A DNA stretch of 64,000 nt from Eubacteriales bacterium (GTDB lineage Bacteria; Bacillota; Clostridia; Christensenellales; Aristaeellaceae): assembly GCA_031556065.1 (NCBI GenBank), contig JAVBTR010000012.1, positions 31 to 64,030 of the forward strand, in the 5' to 3' direction. The translations under genes and the position numbers were made by a program. Below, piece by piece: positions 38,873 through 47,817 of the stretch (the stretch's first letter is position 1; the number at the start of each line of letters is the position of its first letter). The notes under the pieces are model-generated. The model was given only the letters and a program-made list of their open reading frames with translations, did not search any database and was not told where the DNA came from.

Positions 38873-39888
38873 ATGAACTTTTAAAAGCAATGTCAACCGA
38901 TATGAGAATCAAACGTTATCAAAATGAAACGGAGGATTCGTTTGCCTATCGCTTATGCTATTCGGCTTTAGGACAATGGTGTTTACGGCTGGCGCAAAAC
39001 ACTTATGACGGTGCTATAGGCACTTCAAAGCATAGCCAAACCATTATACTTAACGAATTGATCGCAAGATTTATTGAGCTGTTTCCTTATCTTGAGGAAA
39101 AGCTTATCGATGGTAGCGGAAAGAATGATAGCATTTCTGTTCACATACGAAAAGTCTATGAAGAAACAGGTTATTTACTTACTTCTGATACCAACCGAAA
39201 CAGGATAGCTAACTACGGCAGAAGCATTGCTGTTGGACATGCAAATCTGTTTTTCGGACTCCCTTCATCGAGCTATACCGTAAATGGGTTGGGTGTATTA
39301 ACTCCTTCTCCTGCACACAACGTTACATCGAGGGAGTTTCTTATAAGGGACAATCTATCTTGGAAAAAATATTTTCAGGCACAGTTTGACAATGTTGAGT
39401 TTGGCGATAGAGATATCGATATTACGCAACTCGAATTTTTCGATCCACAGTCGCACAAATCTCCTTCGTCATCGTGGAGAAAGTCGATTACAACAAGCTG
39501 CACTATCGCACGAGGTGGCGAATTCGGCCCTTTCTATAAGGTGAAGCAGATGACCAATGGATCCTTTTTATTTGCTGACGAACCGATAATTACACAATCG
39601 GATGCTTTTACTTCGTATGAGTACAGACGCTTGTACTTTGCACTTAAGGCACAATACGGGGCTCCGCTTATTGCTTATATCAGTAGACACGATTCGGATT
39701 ATGCGACGGTTAGATTAAGCGGGCTCTTGCCCAATCGTGAATATTATTACATATTATTGCTGGCATGGCCTCAAAACACTTTTTATAACAAAGCAGGCTT
39801 TATTATTAGAACGGACTTATTGCCAGAACTATCAACGGTACTAATTAATCTAGGAATAAAGATAGAAAGCGAGGGCGCATATGCATAA
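38869..39888 (+). CDS. Cargo gene 3: unknown 339-aa protein
   Basis: It shares an ATGA overlap with gene 2. I recognise no motif. Confidence 0.7.
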   Translation: MNELLKAMSTDMRIKRYQNETEDSFAYRLCYSALGQWCLRLAQNTYDGAIGTSKHSQTIILNELIARFIELFPYLEEKLIDGSGKNDSISVHIRKVYEETGYLLTSDTNRNRIANYGRSIAVGHANLFFGLPSSSYTVNGLGVLTPSPAHNVTSREFLIRDNLSWKKYFQAQFDNVEFGDRDIDITQLEFFDPQSHKSPSSSWRKSITTSCTIARGGEFGPFYKVKQMTNGSFLFADEPIITQSDAFTSYEYRRLYFALKAQYGAPLIAYISRHDSDYATVRLSGLLPNREYYYILLLAWPQNTFYNKAGFIIRTDLLPELSTVLINLGIKIESEGAYA

Positions 39889-42800
39889 TTCAAGCAGTGT
39901 TCAAGTGTACTATCAAACTATTCGTGATAGGTTGAAAAACTACATTAAATCGGACTATTTGGCTAATAGCGAAACGTTGCTTATGTATGTTGATGATCTA
40001 TTAGGAGAAAACTGCTCTCCATATGCCAACATTGCGCGTGAACCATATATCGAAACATCCGCTTCCTATAAAAAAATTCAAAACGGGATTGCAAACTCTC
40101 AGCTGATTGAAGATTCTATTAAAGAATCTCTGCTTAAGCTTGTTGAGGAGAAGCTTGGCGTTTTTGCTGATCCGTTTGAGCATCAGGTGCAAGCACTTGA
40201 ATATTTTTTGGCAGGACGAGATATGTTTGTATCAACTGGAACAGGTTCTGGCAAAACCGAATGCTTCTTGTGGCCTATTATAGCAAAATGCTTCGCTGAA
40301 GCAAAAACACACCCTAATAGTTTTAATAAAGAAGGCGTGCGGACTCTTATTATCTATCCTATGAACGCACTTGTATCTGATCAATTGGCTAGATTCAGAA
40401 AAATTATCGGTAGTGAAGAATTTAAAGATATCTTTACAGAAGATACATTGGCAACTCGCATTCCGCATTTCGGCATGTATACAGGCAGAACTCCTTACGC
40501 CGGAAAGCCAAAGACTGCCAGCAACAAAGAGCTGGCAGCTACATTTCGAGAAAGTTACCTGGTGGATGAGGAAGCGGATAATCAAACTCAAGAGCGACAA
40601 CGTAATAATATTAACGGATTGAAAAGTATCAATAAGTACCCAGCTAGATTTGGAGAAAACGGTCTTGAAAAATTTATTGATGATTTGGAACGGAACATAC
40701 ATAAACCAGCTTCTTTTGACGCTGAATTTATTACCAGATTCGAGATGCAAAGGTGTCCGCCGGATATACTGATAACGAACTATTCCATGCTGGAATATAT
40801 GCTCATGCGTCAACGCGAGACGGGTATTTGGGATAAGACAAAAGAGTGGCTTAACGAATCACAAGACAATCGTTTGCTTATTGTTTTGGATGAGGCACAT
40901 ATGTATCGGGGCGCTGCTGGTGGCGAAATAGCGTTGCTGTTAGAACGTTTATTCTATCGCCTTGGAATTTCACGAGACAAAGTCCAGTTCATCCTTACTA
41001 CTGCCAGTATGCCGCAAGATGATCAGAAAGCAATAGATGCATTTTACACTGGGCTTACGCAGAAAGAGCCTTCTCACTATGAATTCATTGATGGATCGAA
41101 AGAGGAAATTGCAAGTGAGGCTGAAATCAAAACCAATGTGGCTGCGCTGGCATCAGTTGGATCGGAACAGGTATATGGCGAGAGTATTGCCGAAAAAATA
41201 AGAGTTTTTTCGCACGCTGTTTTTGGACATATTCTTCCCGAAACCATCAGTTCAAAGCAGGCACAAGCTTGGTTATATGATAACCTCGCAAGATATGATG
41301 CATTTCTCCAATTGAATAAGGTGTGCCGTGACGGGGCTACGTCATACAGTGAAATAAAGAACAGGCTTTTTGGGGAGGCAACCGACTCTGAAGCCGCACT
41401 GGATGCTTTGTTAGCTATCGTAGCTCTTGCTGAGAAGAATGGTAACATCCTATTTCCTGTGCGTCTGCATATGTTTTTGAGAGGACTTCAGGGCCTATTT
41501 GCATGTTCAAACCCCAAATGCGTTCACGCAAAGTACTCGAGTGAAGAACAGCTGCCGCTAGGAAAGGTAACCTCAGTGCCACGAGATAAGTGTGAATGTG
41601 GTGCACGAGTTTATGAGCTTGTTAATCATATAAAATGCGGCGGACTTTATTTGCGCGTTTTTGTTCAAAAGAACGAAGGCAGTCCTTACTGGTATGTCTT
41701 TCCGCAAAAAGGAATAAGCGGAGATGTGAACTCACTTAATGAAATGCTTCTATACGTGGTTCCAAAGAACTATCAAAAAGGACGAAATGATAATATTGGC
41801 TCGCTTGATCCCTTAACAGGAAAATTGTACATTTCGCCCCAATCTGATGATAAATTACTAACAGTAATTTATAGCAATAACTTTGATACCAAGTTGCAGT
41901 CCTTTAATTTCAATGTATGCCCGAAGTGCAAAAAGAAAATGAGCTTAAAAAAGCCTGCCGACTTGGCAACGAAAGGCAATATTCCTTTCTACAATCTGAC
42001 AAAAGCGCAGTTTGAGTTGCAACCTCCCAAATCAAATCTAATTAATCAAGGAAAAAAGGTATTACTCTTCTCGGACTCGCGCCAAAACGCAGCGAAGCTT
42101 GCACTGGACTTGTCGAAATCATCAGATGCAGATGCTTTCCGCCAAGCAATCATACTAGCTTCTTTGCTCTTGCAAAATGATGAAAAGGAGCATACTTTAG
42201 CAGATATATATCCTGCTTTCTTAGAAGTGTGTATAGAAAACAAACTGAATTTTTTCAGTGGGATAAGTAACGAAAAATTCGTTCAAGACAAGAACCTCTT
42301 TGAGGGGCATAAGCGTCGCATGATGCGCCGTGGAAACGAGAATGATTCTTCGGAACTGGCAGCAAAATATCAATCGTTGCCCGATGAATATCACGAACAA
42401 CTATTGACCTTTTTTACAGAAAGCCCGCGATCTTTCAAAGACATTGGAATTGGTTTCTTGGCGCCGACGGTCAATGCGCTGGAAGATTGTAGTTTTGACT
42501 TGGAAGAAGACGGAATAGTCATAGACAAAGATATTCTTTATCAGCTTCTTGTTCTTCTTTTTTGGGATGTAATGGATGACAGTGCGGCCTTGGGTGAGAA
42601 TATCCCGGATGACATTCGAAAGGGATTACCCGGACGCAGTAAAGAACGTGAATTTGGGCTAAGCAGCACTTTCACAACAGCATTAGATAGCAAATTTCTT
42701 CAGCGGGGCAAGGAGATTCTTAATCTTAATAGCGATGCAATGTTGGAGAAAGTAATCAATAAGATACGTGATTTGTTTTTCTCGACATCACGAATAAGTC

Positions 42801-45115
42801 GTTATTACATTAAACTTGGGGCTGTAAAAATCGAGTTTGCAAACAAAGATTTTACGTGGTATCGTTGCTTAAAGTGTGGGAAACTATCGCCATTCAAAAT
42901 TGGCAACCATTGTGGGGCCTGTTTCGAATCAACGGATGTGAAGCCGATTGGAGAGGATGACCTCTCACGTTTTGATTTCTGGCGAAAACCAGTTTTGGAT
43001 GCATTGAATAAAAGTGTAAGCATCCATACAATTGATACTGAAGAACATACTGCGCAACTGTCGCACAAGGAAGTGCATAACGATGCTTGGAGTCGCACGG
43101 AAAAATATGAAATGCGGTTTCAAGATATTAGTGCTGGTGAAAATGGAGAGGAATCGATAGATGTGTTGAGTTGCACCACCACAATGGAGGTTGGTATCGA
43201 CATCGGTTCTTTGACAGCTGTCGGGCTTCGTAACATTCCGCCAATGCGAGAAAACTATCAACAGCGTGCAGGACGCGCAGGACGTAAGAATGCCGGAATT
43301 TCTACTATAGTAACTTATGCTTCCGGGGGTGTTCATGACAGCTATTATTTTTTGCACCCTGATGAAATGATATCTGGATCGCCTCGAAAACCGTGGATAG
43401 ATCGAGACAATCTCAAGATAAAGCAACGCCATATTAATATGTTGTCGTTGAACAAATTTTTATCTACGCCGAATATGAGTTGCCAGTTTGATGGCATCCT
43501 TGACATAGGCATTATTACATTCTGTGAAAAATATGGGCAGAACTTTATCGAATGTACCGAAGCTTTTGCAACAGAATCGGGATTTTCATCCGAAACAACA
43601 ATTCGTCAATTTGCTATGATATCTCGCGACGTTTTAGATGAAAGTAAGAGGAATGAATACATTAACAATGAAAAAGAAACATCTGCATTTGATGTGTTCT
43701 ATCGTGAAGGCTTTATTCCGTCATATTCATTCCCTAAAAATGTAGTACGCTTTTTTGTGGAAAAAGAGTCTTCTCGTGGTAAAAATGCTCCGCGGGATAT
43801 TCAGTATGCTCCTGACAGAGATATATCTGTTGCCCTTAGCGAGTATGCTCCGGGACGATTTGTGTGCATTGATAAGAAGACATACAAAAGCGGCGGCTTA
43901 TATGCTAATCCACGGCCGAAAGGTTTTGAAAAAAATCAAGCTGAATACTATTTTTCAAACAAAGAGTATTGTAAAGATATTTTCGTTTGCACAGAATGCA
44001 ATTGGTTTGGCTTGAAGGTAGAAGAAACGTCAAATATGGCTTGCCCGTACTGTGGTGCTGCTGTTGCAAAAAGCACCATGCTTCGCCCTTGGGGTTTTTC
44101 GGCAGTTAAAGGTGATGAGCAAAAGTACGAAGATGAAGATGAACAGTATACGTACGCAGAAGCCCCATTTTATTCATATGTACCGGATGATTATCCAAGA
44201 GATATTTTTGAAGGAAGCAATATTCATTATGCAAATCTCCCTGATAAAGACGTATTAACCGTTAACATGGGGAAAAGCAAAAATGGTTTTAATGTGTGCA
44301 GAAAATGTGGTGGCGCAGAAGTTAGAAATCCTAATTCAAATGGAGATTACTCATTTTCCCAGCCTTACCATGATCCCCATCTTTGTCGGCATGAAGGTAC
44401 TGTGTCGTCAGGAATTTACCTTGGATATCAGTTTTTAACCGATATGTTCATGTTGGATATTTCTTACGATTCAAACAAGCTGGTCGGTAATGCCAGTGTA
44501 GAAGAGAAAAGTATATTACGGTCGGCAGCGACTACCTTGCATGAAGCATTAAAAAAAGCTGTTTCATTAGTTTTGGATATAGATTACAATGAAATTGCAG
44601 GCGGTTGGCGACCTAGAATAAAGAGCGATGGTTCATCACACATTGAAATGTTCTTTTATGACAACCTTATTAGCGGTGCTGGCTACTCGTCGCTAATTGG
44701 TTCTATTCTTGAAAAGGTGCTTGATAGCGCAAAAACGATTTTATCTGAATGTGAATGTTCACGTTCATGCAAAAACTGCATCGATAATTATTGGAATCAG
44801 CGAAACCATCAATTGTTTGATAGAAAGTTGGGGCTCCAGTTGCTTGAATATGCACGTTACAAACAGTTGCCCAACCGCTATTCCGTTGAGGAGCAGAAGG
44901 TATATCTTGCACCATTGTGGAAATTAATATCAGAGGACGGCAGTACGGTAAAGTCTGATCATCAAATTGATTTTGAAGTTATTCCTGCGCTTTTGAAAAA
45001 GCCTGAAAGCACAAAGATCAAAATCTATTTGAATCCCTACGATTTGTCGGACTGGCTTCCGAATGCGTTTATGACGTATAGAAGTCTTGTTTCTGGAGGA
45101 ACGTCAAATGGCTAA
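39881..45115 (+). CDS. Cargo gene 4: 1744-aa DEAH-box SF2 helicase fused to a DUF1998/MrfA-type zinc-binding C-terminal domain (DruE-like)
   Basis: Motif I is GTGSGKT (40238-40258), motif II is DEAH (40889-40900) and motif III is TTAS. Motif IV is [11 protein letters not shown] (from 42056), motif V is [11 protein letters not shown] and motif VI is [10 protein letters not shown] (43259-43288). The DUF1998 hallmarks are SEYAPGRFV and [25 protein letters not shown] (Cys cluster at 44750-44779). Confidence 0.9.
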   Translation: MHNSSSVQVYYQTIRDRLKNYIKSDYLANSETLLMYVDDLLGENCSPYANIAREPYIETSASYKKIQNGIANSQLIEDSIKESLLKLVEEKLGVFADPFEHQVQALEYFLAGRDMFVSTGTGSGKTECFLWPIIAKCFAEAKTHPNSFNKEGVRTLIIYPMNALVSDQLARFRKIIGSEEFKDIFTEDTLATRIPHFGMYTGRTPYAGKPKTASNKELAATFRESYLVDEEADNQTQERQRNNINGLKSINKYPARFGENGLEKFIDDLERNIHKPASFDAEFITRFEMQRCPPDILITNYSMLEYMLMRQRETGIWDKTKEWLNESQDNRLLIVLDEAHMYRGAAGGEIALLLERLFYRLGISRDKVQFILTTASMPQDDQKAIDAFYTGLTQKEPSHYEFIDGSKEEIASEAEIKTNVAALASVGSEQVYGESIAEKIRVFSHAVFGHILPETISSKQAQAWLYDNLARYDAFLQLNKVCRDGATSYSEIKNRLFGEATDSEAALDALLAIVALAEKNGNILFPVRLHMFLRGLQGLFACSNPKCVHAKYSSEEQLPLGKVTSVPRDKCECGARVYELVNHIKCGGLYLRVFVQKNEGSPYWYVFPQKGISGDVNSLNEMLLYVVPKNYQKGRNDNIGSLDPLTGKLYISPQSDDKLLTVIYSNNFDTKLQSFNFNVCPKCKKKMSLKKPADLATKGNIPFYNLTKAQFELQPPKSNLINQGKKVLLFSDSRQNAAKLALDLSKSSDADAFRQAIILASLLLQNDEKEHTLADIYPAFLEVCIENKLNFFSGISNEKFVQDKNLFEGHKRRMMRRGNENDSSELAAKYQSLPDEYHEQLLTFFTESPRSFKDIGIGFLAPTVNALEDCSFDLEEDGIVIDKDILYQLLVLLFWDVMDDSAALGENIPDDIRKGLPGRSKEREFGLSSTFTTALDSKFLQRGKEILNLNSDAMLEKVINKIRDLFFSTSRISRYYIKLGAVKIEFANKDFTWYRCLKCGKLSPFKIGNHCGACFESTDVKPIGEDDLSRFDFWRKPVLDALNKSVSIHTIDTEEHTAQLSHKEVHNDAWSRTEKYEMRFQDISAGENGEESIDVLSCTTTMEVGIDIGSLTAVGLRNIPPMRENYQQRAGRAGRKNAGISTIVTYASGGVHDSYYFLHPDEMISGSPRKPWIDRDNLKIKQRHINMLSLNKFLSTPNMSCQFDGILDIGIITFCEKYGQNFIECTEAFATESGFSSETTIRQFAMISRDVLDESKRNEYINNEKETSAFDVFYREGFIPSYSFPKNVVRFFVEKESSRGKNAPRDIQYAPDRDISVALSEYAPGRFVCIDKKTYKSGGLYANPRPKGFEKNQAEYYFSNKEYCKDIFVCTECNWFGLKVEETSNMACPYCGAAVAKSTMLRPWGFSAVKGDEQKYEDEDEQYTYAEAPFYSYVPDDYPRDIFEGSNIHYANLPDKDVLTVNMGKSKNGFNVCRKCGGAEVRNPNSNGDYSFSQPYHDPHLCRHEGTVSSGIYLGYQFLTDMFMLDISYDSNKLVGNASVEEKSILRSAATTLHEALKKAVSLVLDIDYNEIAGGWRPRIKSDGSSHIEMFFYDNLISGAGYSSLIGSILEKVLDSAKTILSECECSRSCKNCIDNYWNQRNHQLFDRKLGLQLLEYARYKQLPNRYSVEEQKVYLAPLWKLISEDGSTVKSDHQIDFEVIPALLKKPESTKIKIYLNPYDLSDWLPNAFMTYRSLVSGGTSNG

Positions 45116-45947
45116 ATCACTTTCACCGCTTCGATATCCAGGCGGCAAGTCAAAGATATACGAAAAGGTGAAAAACTTAATAGAGATTAATGCTTTTGGA
45201 AACAGGACCTATGTTGAACCTTTTGCGGGAGGGTTTGGTATTGGTATTGGACTACTTTGCGATAATACTGTGCAAACGGCAGTTCTCAACGATTTTGATA
45301 CACATATTTATAATTTTTGGTATGCTATATTGCACCACACCGAAGAGTTGAACAGGTTGATAACTGAAACGCCAATTACACTGGACGAACGTGAGAATCA
45401 AAAGCATGTTTATGAAGCCGAGGTTGATGATGCCCTTGCTGATGGGTTTGCCACATTGTTTCTTAATCGTGTTAATTTCTCAGGTGTATTTAATGGCGGT
45501 CCTATTGGTGGCTATTCGCAGACTGGAACATATAGACTTGATTGCCGCTTTAACAAAAATGATATTATTAAGCGGATTGAACAGGTTGCCCTACTTGCTA
45601 ATCGCATTGATTTATACAATTTAGAGGCGAGCGAACTGATTACTGTCCAATTGCAAAATACGATTAGAACGTCTTTTTTCAATATCGATCCGCCATATGT
45701 CGAAAAGGGACAGCGATTGTATAAAAATTATTTCCTTGAAGAAGACCATCGAGCACTTGAACGGATAATTGCTCAGTACTTGATAGATACACGATGGATT
45801 GTAACGTATGATGATTGCGAGCTGGTAAGAGATATCTATAGCGCTTATACGACTGTTGGGTATGATATTCAACACAATGTTGGTGCTAGTAAAAATGGCA
45901 AAGAGATCGTGATAACAAACATTCCTGTTGATACGTTTAGCTGGTAA
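45108..45947 (+). CDS. Cargo gene 5: Dam-class (D12, alpha-type) N6-adenine DNA methyltransferase
   Basis: LRYPGGKSK, an AdoMet motif [10 protein letters not shown], and the catalytic DPPY (45687-45698). The start has GGAGGA 7 nt upstream and overlaps the helicase gene stop by 8 nt. Confidence 0.88.
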   Translation: MAKSLSPLRYPGGKSKIYEKVKNLIEINAFGNRTYVEPFAGGFGIGIGLLCDNTVQTAVLNDFDTHIYNFWYAILHHTEELNRLITETPITLDERENQKHVYEAEVDDALADGFATLFLNRVNFSGVFNGGPIGGYSQTGTYRLDCRFNKNDIIKRIEQVALLANRIDLYNLEASELITVQLQNTIRTSFFNIDPPYVEKGQRLYKNYFLEEDHRALERIIAQYLIDTRWIVTYDDCELVRDIYSAYTTVGYDIQHNVGASKNGKEIVITNIPVDTFSW

Positions 45948-46008
45948 CATAAATGATCGAGGCTACTATCATTGGGTGATGAATAGTTTCACATTGCGAA
46001 AACAACAT

Positions 46009-46312
46009 ACAATACTGGCAAGCAGGGCAAGTGGCATGCCACATTGCAAAACTGCTTGTTGGTGACAGCGTCCCCAAACCCCTTTGAACATAGAATTGAT
46101 TTCTATGGCTACGCACTTTTTTCAAAAGTACTACATCTTCGGGTTGAATTTTTCGCTCAAGTTTTGCTTTTTGCTCTCGGCAAATGAATAGCACTTTTGA
46201 AAAAAGTGCGTAGCCGCAAAATGAAATTTTGCGTTTGATTAGGGGTTTGGGGCTTTGCCTCAACAAGCAAAATGCAAAAGTGTCATAACACTTGCCCTGC
46301 TTGCCAGTATTG
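46009..46312. repeat. About 300-bp imperfect inverted duplication (two arms of about 135 bp)
   Basis: The outer 23 bp are perfect (CAATACTGGCAAGCAGGGCAAGTG vs CACTTGCCCTGCTTGCCAGTATTG). Further matching blocks are CCCCAAACCCCT/AGGGGTTTGGGG and GGCTACGCACTTTTTTCAAAAGT/ACTTTTGAAAAAAGTGCGTAGCC. Each arm also has its own small hairpins. Confidence 0.8.
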
Positions 46313-46322
46313 AACCAACTAT

Positions 46323-46360
46323 GAAAAAAGCCCACACGATTTTGCATTCGTGCGGGCTTT
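46323..46360 (-). terminator. Rho-independent terminator after tnpV (minus strand)
   Basis: AAGCCCGCACG-loop-CGTGTGGGCT followed by TTTTTT on the minus strand. Confidence 0.7.
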
Positions 46361-46363
46361 CCA

Positions 46364-46717
46364 TTATGCGTAGACGATTTCTTTTAGAATAATTTCTTCG
46401 GCGCAAGACTTGATGTTGTTCATTGCACCGACCCATGCCATTTGATCTTTTGCCTTTAACTCTTCGGTGATGCCTTGAATTTTTTGCATCTGTTGAATCG
46501 TGTTTGAAAGTTGTTCGTTGGCTTGCCGATCGGTTTCAACAAGATGCTCATGCAACTTGAAGGATAAAAACAAAGTGGCGTAGATGACTGGGCGATGATC
46601 TTCGAGATACTTTTTGCGAAGCCTTCCGTATTTACCGATAGGGGTTGTATTTTGCTCAGGAAAGATAAAATCAGGGACGAGATAGTCACCGTTTTGAATG
46701 TAGCTGATTTTATTCAT
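46364..46717 (-). CDS. tnpV: TnpV-family transposon-associated protein
   Basis: NGDYLVPDFIFPEQ...IGKYGRLRKKYLEDHRPVIY...GITEELKAKDQMAWVGAMNNIKSCAEEIILKEIVYA matches my recollection of the TnpV family. Confidence 0.75.
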   Translation of the reverse strand: MNKISYIQNGDYLVPDFIFPEQNTTPIGKYGRLRKKYLEDHRPVIYATLFLSFKLHEHLVETDRQANEQLSNTIQQMQKIQGITEELKAKDQMAWVGAMNNIKSCAEEIILKEIVYA

Positions 46718-47000
46718 AATCGTTTACCACCTCTCCGCAATTGTTAAACGTTTCTGACATGAGCATGACACCGAAACGGAGCCCGTAGGTAAATTTTTGA
46801 TATTGTGTTATGCCGTCAATTTCAGCTTGGGCGTCGTTGAATTTCTGAAATATTACTTTCTCATTTTCGTTCAGCGTTAAAAGTAATTCTTTGCGGTTAT
46901 TCTCCCGTAGCTGTACAAGTTGAACGTAGGGTGAATTTTGATCGTAGACTTTACCGTCTGCACGAATATTGCCGTAATAGAGCTCCTCTAAAATCTTCAT
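46710..47000 (-). CDS. Island-backbone hypothetical protein (DUF6809-like, usual neighbour of tnpV)
   Basis: It has an MKILEELYYGNI N-terminus and overlaps the tnpV start. Confidence 0.6.
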   Translation of the reverse strand: MKILEELYYGNIRADGKVYDQNSPYVQLVQLRENNRKELLLTLNENEKVIFQKFNDAQAEIDGITQYQKFTYGLRFGVMLMSETFNNCGEVVNDYE

Positions 47001-47141
47001 AAAAGTTTCCTTTCTTCTTGTGAGTGCGACAATGCTTGAAAGGAACTTAGGCGCATGATATAATATTTACGCCGTAATTGCCTTGGCAGTTGTCGGTGTC
47101 GGGAAGTAGCGTGATTCTTTGCGGGAGAGCGCTGCTTCCTT

Positions 47142-47303
47142 TTACTTTTTCAGATCGCCGTAAATACGATCAATCCCTTGGCGAATAATCTCTGATTTTG
47201 TGACCTTGAACGTTTCGCTACATTCCTTGAGCTTCTCGTCTGTTTGAACATCAATCCTAATTCTCAGAGAAATATCCTTGGGACTTTCGGTTGGGCGACC
47301 CAT
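47142..47303 (-). CDS. Small ribbon-helix-helix (CopG/MobC-like) protein, absent from the supplied ORF track
   Basis: My manual translation is MGRPTESPKDISLRIRIDVQTDEKLKECSETFKVTKSEIIRQGIDRIYGDLKK (53 aa). An alternative TTG start at 47318 lies just after GAGGTGA. Confidence 0.6.
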   Translation of the reverse strand: MGRPTESPKDISLRIRIDVQTDEKLKECSETFKVTKSEIIRQGIDRIYGDLKK

Positions 47304-47399
47304 CTTTTTGGCAGGCAAGTCATCACCTCACTTTTGTATCGCCAAATCTATTGTACATTATGGATACACAAAAGTCAACCACCAAAACCTTAAATGGGG

Positions 47400-47428
47400 T
47401 TGAAAATAGTCAAATTATGGGTTAAAAT
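47400..47428 (+). promoter_or_regulatory. Candidate promoter for the XRE-recombinase pair
   Basis: TTGAAA (47400-47405), a 17-nt spacer, then TAAAAT (47423-47428). Confidence 0.4.
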
Positions 47429-47457
47429 AAATTCAACAAACTAGGAGGTGCTCACTA

Positions 47458-47817
47458 ATGAAAGAAGTGGGGATACGTTTGAAAACTTTGCGTGAAAGCG
47501 CAATGCTTTCGCAAGCGAAGATGGCAGAGATTTTTGAATCTACCCAATCCAGTATCAACCGTTATGAAAATGGACAATCGACCCCGACTGTTGCGCTATT
47601 TCGTGCATATGCAAATTACTTCGATGTGTCTATGGATTATATATTTGCTCGAACCGATAAGCCCCAAGGCGAGTTGTACGAATACAAGCCGAATATCGCT
47701 ACTGATAATCCTCAGATGCGCCAGTTTATTGATATGTGTTTTGATCCCAACTCACCCGTGAGCGGGAAGTTGAAAGATACATTGTTGCAGATGATGAAAG
47801 GCGATGAGAAAAAATGA
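47458..47817 (+). CDS. XRE-family HTH regulator
   Basis: IRLKTLRESAMLSQAKMAEIFESTQSSINRYENGQSTP. AGGAGG lies upstream, and the gene overlaps the recombinase start (ATGA). Confidence 0.8.
   Translation: MKEVGIRLKTLRESAMLSQAKMAEIFESTQSSINRYENGQSTPTVALFRAYANYFDVSMDYIFARTDKPQGELYEYKPNIATDNPQMRQFIDMCFDPNSPVSGKLKDTLLQMMKGDEKK

Noticed and set aside
40232-40813. A 193-aa minus-strand ORF inside the helicase gene. Similar ORFs lie at 41077-41448 and 42965-43432.
   Set aside because: These are antisense shadows within a gene whose SF2 motifs are all in frame on the plus strand.
35493-45947. A search for a classical restriction endonuclease partner for the Dam-type methylase, which would make the locus a simple type II R-M system.
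   Set aside because: None of the four co-transcribed proteins shows a recognisable PD-(D/E)xK, HNH, GIY-YIG or PLD motif by eye. The helicase-DUF1998 protein also argues for a different mechanism. A cryptic nuclease fold in gene 1 or gene 3 cannot be excluded.
45937-46347. A 136-aa minus-strand ORF downstream of the methylase gene.
   Set aside because: It runs straight through both arms of the 300-bp inverted duplication, has no RBS and has an implausible sequence. I treat it as an artefact of the repeat.
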